Below, one piece after another: positions 1 to 12,522 of a stretch of DNA of 64,000 nucleotides. The notes under the pieces are model-generated. The model saw only the letters and a program-made list of their open reading frames with translations. It was not told the origin of the DNA and ran no database searches. Made by a program: the position numbers and the translations under genes. Source of the DNA: Octopus vulgaris (taxonomy: Eukaryota); NCBI GenBank assembly GCA_951406725.2, contig OX597825.1, forward strand, positions 84,816,001 through 84,880,000, in the 5' to 3' direction. Positions within the stretch are counted from its first letter, which is position 1; every line of letters begins with the position of its first letter.

Positions 1-157
1 CCCAAATATGCATGTATTTATACATATAGATGTAAGTATGTATATACATGTACGTATACATGCATATGTTTATATATTATTTTGTAGTTATATGATCGAA
101 CGCAACGCATACACTTCCGAGTAAGTTCTATCTATCTATCTTTCTATCTTTCTATCT

Positions 158-206
<49 letters not shown>

Positions 207-687
207 CAAACACTTGCATGCATTATATGATAATATTTGATGCATGTGTATATATAGTTTCGTGTATATTTTTTGTAGTGGTTTATGGTCCTAAGCTCAA
301 CAGACAACGATTACTGATTCCACCTGACTTTCAAAAGCGTTGCGATACCAAAGGCAAGTTTCTCGTGATTCGCCAACTTACCAAACAAACATCATTACAA
401 GCGATCGTTACGTACACTACGCACATGCAAAATCCATCCGCAAACACATACACACACGCGCATATTCAGAGTGATGCACATACAAATACACACATACACA
501 CACACCCACACACTAGCACACAAATACAAACACACAATCAGTAGGAAAGACAAGTGAACAGGTGATTTTATTTCATTTCGCTTGAAGGAATTTACTCTCG
601 GATCAGGATAGATTTTACGTTTTTCTGTTCATTTATTTATATATAATCTTCTTACACTTCTCCAATGGTGCGACATTCAAAATCAGC

Positions 688-739
<52 letters not shown>

Positions 740-829
740 CTAAGTATATAAGCGTGTATGCGTGTGTAAATAAGTGTACATATATAAACATATGTATGTG
801 ATTGTGTGTGTGTGTTTCTGTGTGTGTGA

Positions 830-868
<39 letters not shown>

Positions 869-1728
869 GACACACAGACATATGCATGCATATGAACATG
901 TAAGGCAAGGCTATTCTGCAAGTGTGTAGCGATATCTATTAATTATGCATATATTAATAACTGCCACAATGATGAATGTATGTATAAACTGCAGCGTATT
1001 CCAGATATTCATAATAGAAACACGTATACAATTAATGCCTAACTAATTTGATTACGTATCAATTGATATCTCCGGTGGGAAAGAGAGAGATGGGAGGGAA
1101 GAGAGAAAGAGGGAGGAGATAGAGAAAGAAGACAAGGAGAGAAAGAGAGAGATAGATATTTACATAGATACTTAGATAGATAGATAGATAGATAGATAGA
1201 TTCATAAATATATATAGAGAGAGTGAAAGGTAGAGCGTTAATGAAATTGACTCTTAAGTTATAATAATGAATATTAAATTATATAATCCCACTTGATAAC
1301 AAGACAACTACTACTACAACTAATAATAATGATAATAGTAATAATAATAATGATGATGATGATGATGATGACGATGATGATGATGATGATGATGATGATA
1401 ATTTAGTACCAGTGTTTCACTGGTACTACTATTACTACTACTACTAATAAAATTAAGCACCAGATGGATCGACGCAGCCATATGTATATGTATGCAGGCA
1501 TGCATAAAAGTAATCCAATGCAAATGAACACAGCCGACTATTTATGGAGGTAATTAAATAGGGTGTTACTGGAGCTATTCCCTAAACATTTTCTTGTTAA
1601 ATTGCCTGCAACTCGAATAGCCTTTACCTTTTCCATTTTGTTAATTTCTAACATTTTACATTCTTCCCATTTCTCATTCTAAAACCCTGCAATTTTCTCG
1701 CATAGCATCTTTCTCTCCGGAATATTTA

Positions 1729-1964
<236 letters not shown>

Positions 1965-2268
1965 GATATGTATGCATGTATGTATGTAATCCACACATTC
2001 AGGCGCACGTTATTGGAACTCAAATTACGTGAGGTGTTAATGAAGATATTTCGAGACGAATAACGTCACCTGAAACAGATTGTGTGAGAATGTGAGATGT
2101 TGCGAGTCTCTGTGGATATTTGTATTCTTAAATTGGGAATTTTTTTCAGTGAATTAAAACGGATTAATAAGCTATATAAAGTTAAAAATAGAAAAAATAT
2201 ATCAGCTTAATACATACATAAGGCATTGTGACTTAATTTAGGACTCGGAACCAGAAGGAAGCATGTCG

Positions 2269-2341
<73 letters not shown>

Positions 2342-2682
2342 TGTGTGTATATGAATGTGTGTGTATGAGTGTGTGTATGTGTGTGTGCATTGGTGTAGGC
2401 ATGTGCATGTGTGTATGTGTGTTGTGCGCGCGTGTGTGTATCTTTGTGTCTTTCATTTGTCCTCCAGTACCGCACGACTGGCATTGGTTTGTTTATGTCC
2501 CCGTACAATAGCAGTGTTGCACAATACGCCGATAGAATAAATGAGGGGCAGAAGACATTCCTAAAGGTGGTGCCCCAGCATGACTGCAGTCTAATGACTA
2601 AGAAAACATTAAGATATTTATTTTATGCGCACGCACATAAATACACAGACATATTTCTCATATATAAAATAGTGCTAATAGT

Positions 2683-3080
2683 AATCATTTTTACCATAGG
2701 CACAAGGCCTGAAATTTGAGGGGAGAGGCGTTAGTCGATTACATCGACACCAGTATTTCACTGGTACTTAATTTTTTTCAATCACGAAAGGATGAAAGGC
2801 AAAGTCGACCTGGCAGAATTTGAACTCAGAACGTAGCAGCAGACGAAATACCTATTTCTTTATTACCCACAAGGGGCTAAACACAGAGGGGACAAACAAG
2901 GACAGACATTGGGATAGTGGATTACATCGCCCCTAGTACTCAATTGGCACTTGATTTATCGACCCCGAAAGGATGAAATTCGAAGTCGACGTCGGCGTAA
3001 TTTGAACTCAGACGTAGCGACGAGCGAAATACCGCTATGCATTTCGTTCAGCGTGCTAACGATTGTGCCAGCTCGCCGCC
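2683..3080 (-). mobile_element. tRNA-derived SINE family A, head-to-tail dimer
   Basis: Minus strand: GGCGGCGAGCTGGC..GTTAGC head, B-box-like GAGTTCAAAT, core GTCGACTTTGCCTTTCATCCTTTCG..GATAAA..AGTACC. Tail AAGAAATAG is fused at 2851/2852 to a second, 5'-less copy. Confidence 0.9.
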
Positions 3081-3097
3081 TTATTTTGCTAATAATA

Positions 3098-3280
3098 ATA
3101 ATCCTTTCTACGCTAGGCACAAAAGGCCTGAAATTTGGGGAATGGGAACTTGATTTATCGACCCCGAAAGGATGAAATTCGAAGTCGACGTCGGCGTAAT
3201 TTGAACTCAGAACGTAGCGACGAGCGAAATAGCGCTACGCATTTCGTTCAGCGTGCTAACGATTGTGCCAGCCTGCCGCC
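3098..3280 (-). mobile_element. SINE family A copy with internal deletion
   Basis: Same head and core as the 2683-3080 copy; 3148-3288 duplicates 2949-3088. Confidence 0.88.
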
Positions 3281-3792
3281 TTATTTTGTTCAGAGTAATA
3301 ATAAGAACAATAACGAAATATACAAAAATATGAATAAAAGAATTCAATGTATGTATGGATATACATATACAGGCGTGTATTGTGTATGTATATACATCTA
3401 CACGCATGTATTGTGCATGCATATACGTACACGATCAAGAGTGTATAACTGCATATTTAATCCAATCGTAAGTCAGTGGACAGATTGTCAAAACATACAT
3501 GAGTTGGAGATTATCTTTCTGTAGAAAAAGAGAAACTCGTGCGAAGAAGGCGGTGAGATGGAGGTGAGGAGAATGAGTGTGGGGGAGCATTAATGTGACA
3601 TGTAACTGTGACAGGGACATACGTGCACACACAAGCGCACACACATACATGCACACACACACGCATGCAAATACATATATTTGTATATGTCTTTATCGGA
3701 TTTATCCATGTATCACAATATCTTTTCAATCTTCCTCTGCTAGTTGAAAGTTAAAAAATCTGGACACATGTTCAGTAAGTATATATATACTC

Positions 3793-3871
<79 letters not shown>

Positions 3872-4236
3872 CATATGTTTGTGCATCTGTGTGTAGTCAA
3901 AATTTTTGTCAACCGATCTGGAATTCGTTGTTATTTATGTAAGTAGGTCTCCTCCTAACCTTGTCCTTTCCCGAGTAGAGTTTCCTGCGCAGAACTGTGA
4001 CCATATATGCCTATGCATGCAACTTATGTTCTTTGTCTATCTCCTCAACTTCTTGGTGATTTTAGGCATAATTATTCCAATGTGTCCATCTGTTCTAATT
4101 TAATTAAATTCTATGTATTTGTGCAGTTGAAGGTTGCTCTGTATTTTAAATTGATGTAATGGTTGCATTGTTCAATTAAATGGAGTTGCATGAAACGATC
4201 GTACTGCATTAACTCTGGATATCCTTGTTAGTTACT

Positions 4237-4281
<45 letters not shown>

Positions 4282-4405
4282 ACAATCAGAGAAAGCACTA
4301 TCCCTATAAGTGTTTGTTAACAATAATTCTGATACCAAAGCTTTCAACCGCAAAATAACATCAATTCCGTAAACAGGAGAAAATTAAAAAAACGTTTACC
4401 CTGCA

Positions 4406-4513
4406 ATTTCTTATACGATGCACCGTTTCGTCTACTGTTTAATGGTAAAACTAACCTGATTAAATTAAATCAAGCCAATCTTCCATAGGCCCTTAGATTC
4501 ATCAGTAAGAAAT
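4406..4513 (-). ncRNA. Type I hammerhead ribozyme (left-arm copy)
   Basis: Reverse complement of 4811-4918. Confidence 0.8.
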
Positions 4514-4810
4514 AGCCATATCGGAACAGATATTTTCACGAGGCATTTCTGTTGCTGCCTCGACAATATCTGACCTAAAATTTTCAAATCATCAGACTCG
4601 CGCCAAATTTATCGGCAGCAAATAAATATAAGCCGCCGATTCCATTATGGAATTAACCAGAAAATTCATAATTAATCAATATAGGGTGGCAAAAAATTTT
4701 GTAGAATTTTTTTGCCACCAGCGCGAGTCTGATGATTTGAAAATTTTAGGTCAGATATTGTCGAGGCAGCAACAGAAATGCCTCGTGAAAATATCTGTTC
4801 CGATATGGCT

Positions 4811-4918
4811 ATTTCTTACTGATGAATCTAAGGGCCTATGGAAGATTGGCTTGATTTAATTTAATCAGGTTAGTTTTACCATTAAACAGTAGACGAAACG
4901 GTGCATCGTATAAGAAAT
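4811..4918 (+). ncRNA. Type I hammerhead ribozyme
   Basis: Helix I ATTTCTTA(4811-18)/TAAGAAAT(4911-18); core CTGATGA 4819-25; helix II TCTA/TAGA with A.C at the closing position; GAAA 4895-98; helix III CGGT-GC-ATCG (near-palindromic); cleavage triplet GTA 4908-10. Confidence 0.8.
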
Positions 4919-5454
4919 TGCAGGGTAAACGTTTTTTTTAATTTTCTCCTGTTTACGGAATTGATGTTATTTTGCAGTTGAAAGCTGGCTGTTATTTCTA
5001 GTGGGTGAATGGCCTATTATGGCTGTTCCTTGATCGTGATGTTGAACTTATAAATGGTCTATGACTATTTAATTTTTTCCCGCTAGGCCGCTGGTGGCAA
5101 AAAAATTCTACAAAATTTTTTGCCACCCTATATTGATTAATTATATATATATATATGTACAATCAGAGAAAGCACTATCCCCATACGTGTTTGTTAACAA
5201 TAATTCTGATACCAACAGGGTTTAACCAAATATATTGATAGAAAGTTCCTCCATATTTATGTATAAACAGTGTCATAAAATTAAAAAGCCACTAAAAGAA
5301 AATGGAGAAGAAAACTTAAAGAAGACGATTGGTTCGTTTTACTTGTATCACAATTGGAAAAGTAATGTAAATTAAAAAGCTTGAATGATATACTTATAAG
5401 AAGAAGCGTAAAATAAAGTGCATCAACAAAACAACCCAAAAATATTTTAGAAGA

Positions 5455-5554
5455 AATTCTACATATGTTTCAATACAATATATTTGAATCATCAATAAGT
5501 GTAACTTTTATAGATGTAATGAGCGAAATATTGTCAGATCTCTTCAGGAGAAAT
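5455..5554 (-). ncRNA. Degenerate minimal type I hammerhead motif (PLE type)
   Basis: Minus strand: ATTTCTC-CTGAAGA-..ACAATAT...ATATTGT..-GAAAC-ATAT-GTA-GAAT. Core boxes intact; helix I and the base of helix II are damaged. Confidence 0.55.
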
Positions 5555-5809
5555 AAGTATATTCTCAGACTTGAGTTACGAAATGACTTATTTGAGGGAC
5601 ACGTTTAGAATTTTCAAATGTAAACAAACTACTTCGTAGGACGCAGAGTTTATGTGATTAGAAATGTATCATTTAAAATTTAGCTAATATTGAACGTTGA
5701 AATGATACTAATACATGAAATTTGTTTGAAAAATATATCTTTTATCATATTTAAATTTAAATTTACTTACACTTATAAATGTTTATGTGAGGGAGATGAT
5801 AGAAAGACA

Positions 5810-6125
5810 AATGTAATTATCATGAGGGATGTAATATACAAAGAATTATATTGGGAAATGTAAACAAAAATTGGATGAATAACATTGGTGTCATTTAAGA
5901 TTAAATTAGTTAGGATATAATTTCCGGTGTTCTAAGAAAAATATTTTGTATTTGAAATATATGGTATATATAAAAAAACGATATTGTGCTCACGAACTGC
6001 TACAGAAAAAATTTAGAAAAATGGTGTTAAAGGAAGATGATACAAATATAGCAAAACATGATATTTTCTAGAAGTCGTACAATGAAAAATATAACCTTGG
6101 GTCACGAAGGAATAAATTGGTTAGA
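5810..6125 (+). pseudogene. Penelope-like GIY-YIG endonuclease remnant
   Basis: Frameshifted fragments NVI..EGCN..KNYIGKCKQKL and terminal TLGHEGIN, resembling the PLE C-terminal TLxPxGLN motif. Confidence 0.45.
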
Positions 6126-6199
6126 ATTTATTTTCTCTTTCGAAACAAAAAAAATATTTAATAGTTCTCTCTCTCTCTCACTCTCTCTCTCTCTCTCAC

Positions 6200-6267
<68 letters not shown>

Positions 6268-6333
6268 ACGTACGAAATGCTAGAGAATTTAAAAACCGGT
6301 GTTACAGGATAAATTTCCAAGGTCAAATTAGCT

Positions 6334-6371
<38 letters not shown>

Positions 6372-6771
6372 TTTAAGAAGGTACAGTCAAATAACGGAAA
6401 CAAGTAAAAGAGTAAGAGAATGTATACATATATATATATATATATATATACCCACAAGCTATTGGAAAGCTGCAGCGTGGTATAACGCTATAGAAACCAA
6501 TGCCTGCTTGGTCTGACAGAAAGTAAACCGGGAACCTCAAAAGCCAGTTTGGTTCGTTGGGTGTTCTTTGAAAAGCCTCCTGTATGGAAAACATAACCCG
6601 TCACAGGATGGATAAACCCGAGAGAGTGAACGGCCATCCAATTATTCGTTTTGATATATTTCTGCTCTCATTTCAACATGACTAGATCATCAACTTAAAG
6701 CCATTGAAATCGGTAGATGCTTAGTTAAAAATGTAAATACTCTCTTACCCGAATATATATAGCTTCATATA

Positions 6772-6988
6772 TACTGGTGCTGCGACGTTCCTGGCTTTAA
6801 AGGTTTCGCGAAAGGCTTGACTGGAGGTCCAACCTTCCGAGTTTCTTTTACAGGGCTTAGAAAAACTCAAGGACAGCTGCAATAAGTATGTGAATCTGAG
6901 AGGAGAATATTTGGAATAAAATCATAACTAACTGACCCTCCTTTGTTTTCTTTTCATCCAAAGCCGGGAACATTTCAGCACACCGGCA
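6772..6988 (+). mobile_element. Mariner-derived MITE
   Basis: Imperfect TIRs GTGCTGCGACGTTCCTGGCTTT (6777) / AAAGCCGGGAACATTTCAGCAC (to 6981). Interior encodes a mariner C-terminus, FTGLEKLKDSCNKYVNLRGEYLE*. Confidence 0.8.
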
Positions 6989-8914
6989 CAACCAAACATC
7001 TGTGTTATTTTGACAAAGGTCAATGTTATATTTACAACATTATTTTAACTCCCATTCGTCAGAAATACTGTGAAGAATTTACTTGCTAAAACATTTTTAT
7101 CTAACTATTTGTTATATTTATTATCAGCAATATTTAATAATTGAATTATTCGTCTTGTTGCTGATGGAGTTGGTAGATTTTCAATGCAGTAATGATTTGT
7201 GATACCTTTGCTTCGTTTCTCATAGTTTAATAGGTTTCATCTACAATATCTGAGAATATGGTAAAGTAACAATGGAATGGGGTTAATGAAAAAAGAGGAA
7301 ATACGAAGCGAAAATATACCTAACATCTAATTGAGAAATGAGTAAAAGGAAATAATGCCAACAAATGACATCTGAATCAGGCGAAAAAAGGGAGAGAGTG
7401 AGAGAGAAAGAGAGGGGGAGGGAGAGAGATGGAAGTGACAGTGGTTTAGGGTAAAACATGTGTGAAAAGGAAAATACAACCCAAAAAGCAATAGAAAGCT
7501 GTAGACGGGGAGGAAACAAACGTGGACACGAAATACAAATAGTGAATGGTAGATGATGGTAACAAAGTAACGAAAATGAACGAAAAAGAACAAACAGAAA
7601 AAAAGATACGGAACTGAATAGAAAAAGAAGAAAACCGAATGGTAGTATGAATTTGTCTAAGAAACAGTAACATAAACCGTTCTGCAAATAATACTTGCGA
7701 CAGGGTATATAAAAAAATATATCGCAAAATATTGCCGTTATTTGACGTAGTTTTATTATAAAGAGGAAGTCAGAGACAGAAGGAAATAGACTACACTGCT
7801 TCAAGATGATAGAAACCTGAAGATCGATTTAGTTTCAATAATATTTTTCTTTCATTTTATAGTATTTTGTTTCATTTTTATTTTTTCTTCTCGTCATACA
7901 GATTCTGTAGATTCATCAAAAACTAAACAGTCCAACTTCTCGAAATATCTCTGGCTGCAATCTACAAATATCACAGAAATAACAACGAATATACAATACA
8001 AAGCCATGCAATAAACTATATCGTAGACAAATTTATAGATTCTATTTTCTTCCCCATTGGCCGCATACATAAAAAAATACGCAAACGCACGCAGTTTTGT
8101 TTATATGTATTTTTATATATTCATACATACATCTGTGCGTGCATGTGTTATGTTTGCGTAGCTTAATCCAGCGAGTTAATAAGGTCACAAATCCTTTATA
8201 TTTATGTATGAAACATTCAGTTTTGGGTTCTAAATACATTTGTCAGTCTTTTGTCGTAGAATTAAGTTCTTTAGTGCCATCTCAGTGAAAATACTTTAGA
8301 CGAATTTCGATATTTCATGTGAAGTACGTATTTCTACTATAAACACACTAACGCATATGCACATATACATTATTGCATGTACATACATAATATTTATACA
8401 TCAAACACTTTATTTATGAAAGAGGCAAAGCGAGAGAGAGCGAGAGGGAGAGAGAGAGGGAGGGAGAGAGAGAGAGAGATTATGGTGGAGTTTTGTCATT
8501 TATCGAATCTGACAAGATGAATGACTAAACTAACCACATCAGTATTTGATCTCAACTTCCAGAGAACCAGAACGATCTTCAGCCGCAAGTTAATATGTTC
8601 TGTTCTCTGATGGTTCTGCCAGTTCTATAGATGTATGATTCTTTTTTCTGTTTTTAATTATTAAAATTCTTCCTGTGAGGAAGCAACTGGTTTCTAACAA
8701 AGATTCAATGAATAATCGTTGGAATGAGGATAACAAAATGCTAAATATTAAACTTGAGAAATGTCTTGCAAACGTTTATTGTTCCAATTACAGATTAATA
8801 GTATTTGTAATGGTTGATTTGTTTCCTTGAAAACCTAGCCTATCCAGATTGTCACTTACTCACAAAACCAAACACACCAATTATTATTAGTATAAAAGCG
8901 AATATATAATCTGT

Positions 8915-9300
8915 GTATCGAAGTTGAAGCTTTGGAAGCAGTTACCCAAAGAGATATACACATCAGCAGAACAGCTGACATGTACGACCCTTTTTCTGTC
9001 CCCGACAGCAATGTCCGCTCTGATACGTTTACACATGAGAGATGTTTTGATGAGAATATTCCACCTGTGGTCTTTCTATCGATGTTTCTGTAGATATTCC
9101 CGATATTCATTTGGGAACAATCTTTTTTCGGAAATTCTCGATATTTATTTTAGGACTATCTGTCTTCTGGATGGCATTGTATATTATTTTTGTGACATTA
9201 TTTTGTCGCACAGGGTGGCAGTACCTTGATGACATTTTGGGGCAGCTACTGATTTACGTGCGCGATGTGCCCAGAGAAATACGACATCTACATTTTCAGC
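8915..9300 (-). pseudogene. piggyBac-like transposase C-terminal remnant
   Basis: Minus-strand fragments RARKSV, ENFRKKIV and ISLGNCFQSFN occur in the order expected for piggyBac RKSxKW / FRxxIV / LCxxxCFxxFH. Confidence 0.4.
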
Positions 9301-9525
9301 TGCATCGTGGGGCTCAAAAGACTCACTGTGTGTTTGTATGTGTGTGGTTAAGGAGCCGCGATTCCAGTCTAGTGATTTCTGGTTTAATCACGGTAGACGA
9401 CCGAAGACGTGACTTCTACTACAGCCTAGGACTGAAAATGTGATTGAATTGGAGCAAAAAACTTTGTGTGAAAGTCCCTCACTTATACATGTACATCGAT
9501 TTCTCTCTATCCCTGCCCCTCTCTC

Positions 9526-9578
<53 letters not shown>

Positions 9579-9579
9579 G

Positions 9580-10060
9580 GTCCCCAGCTTGGCCGTAGTC
9601 AAATGACTGAAACAAGTAAAAGAATAAAAGAACAAAAGAATACATATATAAATTATATATAAGACGGGTTTCTTTCAGTTCCCTTCTGTCCAATTCCATT
9701 CAGAAGGCTCTGGTAGGTCCCAGTTTATTCTACAAGACTCGCTTGCCAAAGGTGTGACGTAGTGAGACTGAAACTGGAAGCATTTGGCAAGGAATTAAAC
9801 ATCCTACCGCAGCCATTTCTGCGCCTATGTATATTTTTGAGACTCCCTTCGGTCATGACTGAACATGGGATTGCACCTTGAAAGTTACCCTCCCAGGCAC
9901 AAGTCCGGGCAAGGGCGATACAGCTTGGCACCTTTGACGTAGCAACTCATTTCTACAGCTGAGTGAACTGGAGCAAACGGGAAATAAAGTGTCTTGCTCA
10001 AGAACACAACCCGCAGCCCGGTCCGGTATTCGAACTCACAACCTCACGATCGTCAGCTCG
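9580..10060. mobile_element. Cluster of SINE fragments: family B tail (+), family B head (-), family C-like copy (-)
   Basis: CAGTCAAATGACTGAAACAAGTAAAAGA-type tail; reverse family B head at 9663-9822; CAGCTGAGTGAACTGGAGCAA..GTCTTGCTCAAG..CGAACTCAC at 9840-10060. Confidence 0.8.
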
Positions 10061-10156
10061 AACTCAGAACGTGGCGACGGGCGGAATACATGCAATAATA
10101 TATATGTGCATATGCGTTAGTGTGTTTATAGTAGAAATACGCACTTCACATGAAAT

Positions 10157-10212
<56 letters not shown>

Positions 10213-11059
10213 ATTATTTCTCACAGCTTCTTCCCGAACGAAAACCAAAATATGAAAGCCAGATATCTATTTAGCAGCCGTCATATTTGTGAAGAGAATA
10301 TGACTCACTCACGTAAAAATAGATCGCAATTTTTTTTTCTTAAAATGAAAAAAACTATTCCACCTCCCCACCAAAAACAAAACAAAAAAAGAAGCAGAAA
10401 TCAAAATACAAAAGAAATCCAAGTTCTACAGAAGTAAAACCTAATGAAAATCAATAAAATATTTTCATGACATAACATCAAGAGAACTGTTTATTATACG
10501 AGTAAATATAGAAATATTGACACAATTTTTTGACTTGTAAGTGGTAAGAGTATTGTGGGAATAATAAAATTTATGACATTAACACGTGACTTTTTCACTG
10601 GCGGTAATATTGCAGTTACTTTAATATATATAGCATGTGTGTATATGTGTGTGCATGGTGTATGCGCGTGTGTCTGTGTGCATTTGCATAGCGTATATAC
10701 ACGCACATACACGTATATATAACATTTTTATGTGTTAAGGTAAGGGAATATTATATCGGCATTTGGAGGTCTGCAATGGCTCGGTTGACTACAGTCAAGA
10801 ATATTTACACATAAGAATATGAATGCAGACATGTATGCACGCAGATACATACACAGACACAAGCACGTCAGGGTTTCGCGTTGCGGATTGTGCAACGCAG
10901 GAGTCGTGTATTTAGGTGGTAGAGAAAAGAGGCAGGTATTCGTAAAACGTTTCAGTTTGCGTATGTAGAATTTGGTTGGTTTTATGAAAGCTACTTTGGA
11001 AAGAAGCACATATTCACACGTACCAAAAATCTAGTCCTAAGAGTCGAACGTTTCCGTAA

Positions 11060-11275
11060 TGTAACACTTCCGTTGGGGATGTTTGATCAGCCGGTTCTAA
11101 CAGAATACCTCAAGAATCTCTTCAAAGTCGGTCCCATTGATTCCAAGATTTCTTAAGCTTGTGTTTAAGAACTTACTGAATCTCTTTTAGCCTAATGTTG
11201 CCGACGATATCTAAACCCTAGTTTGCAGTGGGTAAAGAATTTTGTGGGAGTCGACCATTCCTCAACGACACAAAT
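11060..11275 (-). pseudogene. CR1/L2-group LINE reverse transcriptase fragment
   Basis: Minus-strand LRNGR..LDIV..HK/LRNLGING..VF..NR, homologous to HKLQNLGITGK..FLQGR of the LINE near 55600. Confidence 0.5.
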
Positions 11276-11535
11276 TGTCAATCGATGCACATTTGTTATC
11301 TTCATAAAACGTGACACTTGGACGCTGAAATTTATTCACAAATCCAAAAGTCTTGTCTCTATTATAGAAATATGCGTAAAATATGCAACTCAATTATCTA
11401 CTTACACACGACAAATGTCCAAACGCAAAGATGAAGCTATCTATAATACTAATACTGAATAGCGCAGGGTAAATCTGAAGGTGGACGAACTTTATGCAGT
11501 ACTATACTACGTTCTTTACAGAATATATCATAACT

Positions 11536-11792
11536 AGGATCGCGGTTTCGATTCCCAGACCGGGCGTTGTGAGTGTTTATTGAGCGAAAACACCTAAAAG
11601 CTCCACGACGCTTTGGCAGGGGGTGGTGATCCCTGCTGTACTCATTCACCACTCTTTCTCCCATTCTTTCTTCTGTTGGCCTGCTCGCTTAGCCAGCGGG
11701 GTGGCGTCATTCAAAGGCTAAAACAATGCAAACGCATTGTGACCAGCGATGTGTAAAAACATCTGATGGTCTGGTCGGTCACGTGACGTGAT
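11536..11792 (+). mobile_element. tRNA-derived SINE (family C head, alternative tail)
   Basis: B-box GGTTTCGATTCCC, then GTTGTGAGTGTTTATTGAGCGAAA, shared with the 44515-44775 copy. Confidence 0.8.
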
Positions 11793-11904
11793 GTATATAT
11801 ATATATATATCATTGAAAAGATTGGATTCAACAACAAGGAGTACGGCTGGACATTTATCTTTTAATTATTTCAATTCTTACCGCGCAACGTAGTTCTCCA
11901 GGTG

Positions 11905-11935
<31 letters not shown>

Positions 11936-11939
<4 letters not shown>

Positions 11940-12000
11940 ATCACCGTCTGGAATCGAACTCGGAATCTTGGGGTTAGTAACCCTCGCTCTTAACCACTAC
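11936..12000 (-). mobile_element. tRNA-like SINE head running into (AAT)n
   Basis: Minus strand GTAGTGGTTAAGAGC (A box), GGG-TTACTAA-CCC arm, GAGTTCGATTCC (B box); no acceptor stem. Confidence 0.65.
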
Positions 12001-12119
12001 CCCTTCCACAGGTTAAAAAATTACATGTCAGTCAACAAAAAGAAAATAAATAAATGAAGTAAAGATTACATAGGACTGAGGTAACTCCTCCAGAAGTTAT
12101 AGAGAACTGAACAGCAGAG

Positions 12120-12522
12120 AGCCATAGGTGTGGTAAGTAGCTTGCTTACCAACCATACGGTTCTGGGTTCAGTCCCACTGCGTGGCATCTTGGGCAAGTG
12201 TCTTCTACTATAGCCTCGGGCCGACCAAAGCCTTGTGAGTGGATTTGGTAGACGGAAACTGAAAGAAGTCCGTCGTATATATGTATATATATGTATGTGT
12301 GCGTGTATGTTTGTGTGTCTGTGTTTGTCCCCCTAGCATTGCTTGACAACCGATGCTGGTGTGTTTATGTCCCAGTTACTTAGCGGTTCGGCAAAAAGAG
12401 ACCGATAGAATAAGTACTGGGCTTACAAAGAATAAGTCCCGGGGTCGAGTTGCTCGACTAAAGGCGGTGCTCCAGCATGGCCGCAGTCAAATGACTGAAA
12501 CAAGTAAAAGAGTAAAAGAGAA
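12120..12522 (+). mobile_element. Near full-length SINE family B (CORE-like), flanked by a 45-bp direct repeat
   Basis: GTGTGGTAAGTAGC..GGTTCAGTCCC head, CTTGGGCAAGTGTCTT CORE-like block, internal TA/TG tract, AGTAAAAG x2 tail. Confidence 0.92.

Larger units (their letters stand above)
4339..4986. repeat. Long inverted repeat, arms 4339-4603 and 4721-4986
   Basis: Arms are reverse complements; I see 1 substitution and a 1-nt homopolymer indel. Confidence 0.97.
4281..5215 (+). repeat. 58-bp direct repeat pair (4281-4338 and 5158-5215) flanking the inverted HHR element
   Basis: TACAATCAGAGAAAGCACTATCCC..TGTTTGTTAACAATAATTCTGATACCAA occurs twice, 2 mismatches. Confidence 0.95.

Noticed and set aside
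6563-6631. Stem TCCTGT/ACAGGA with TTGAAAA and ATAAAC flanks as an HHR
   Set aside because: Both core boxes are mutated; too degenerate to call.
7283-7804. 173-aa hydrophobic minus-strand ORF
   Set aside because: Antisense of a purine-rich low-complexity tract; F/L/S bias and no recognisable motif.
11041-11130. TTGAAGA...GAAACGTT hammerhead-like motif on the minus strand
   Set aside because: The flanks do not pair as helix I, and the sequence is better explained as a LINE RT fragment.
11936-12000. Possible tRNA gene (and other SINE heads)
   Set aside because: A/B boxes are present but there is no acceptor stem or full cloverleaf; these are SINE heads.
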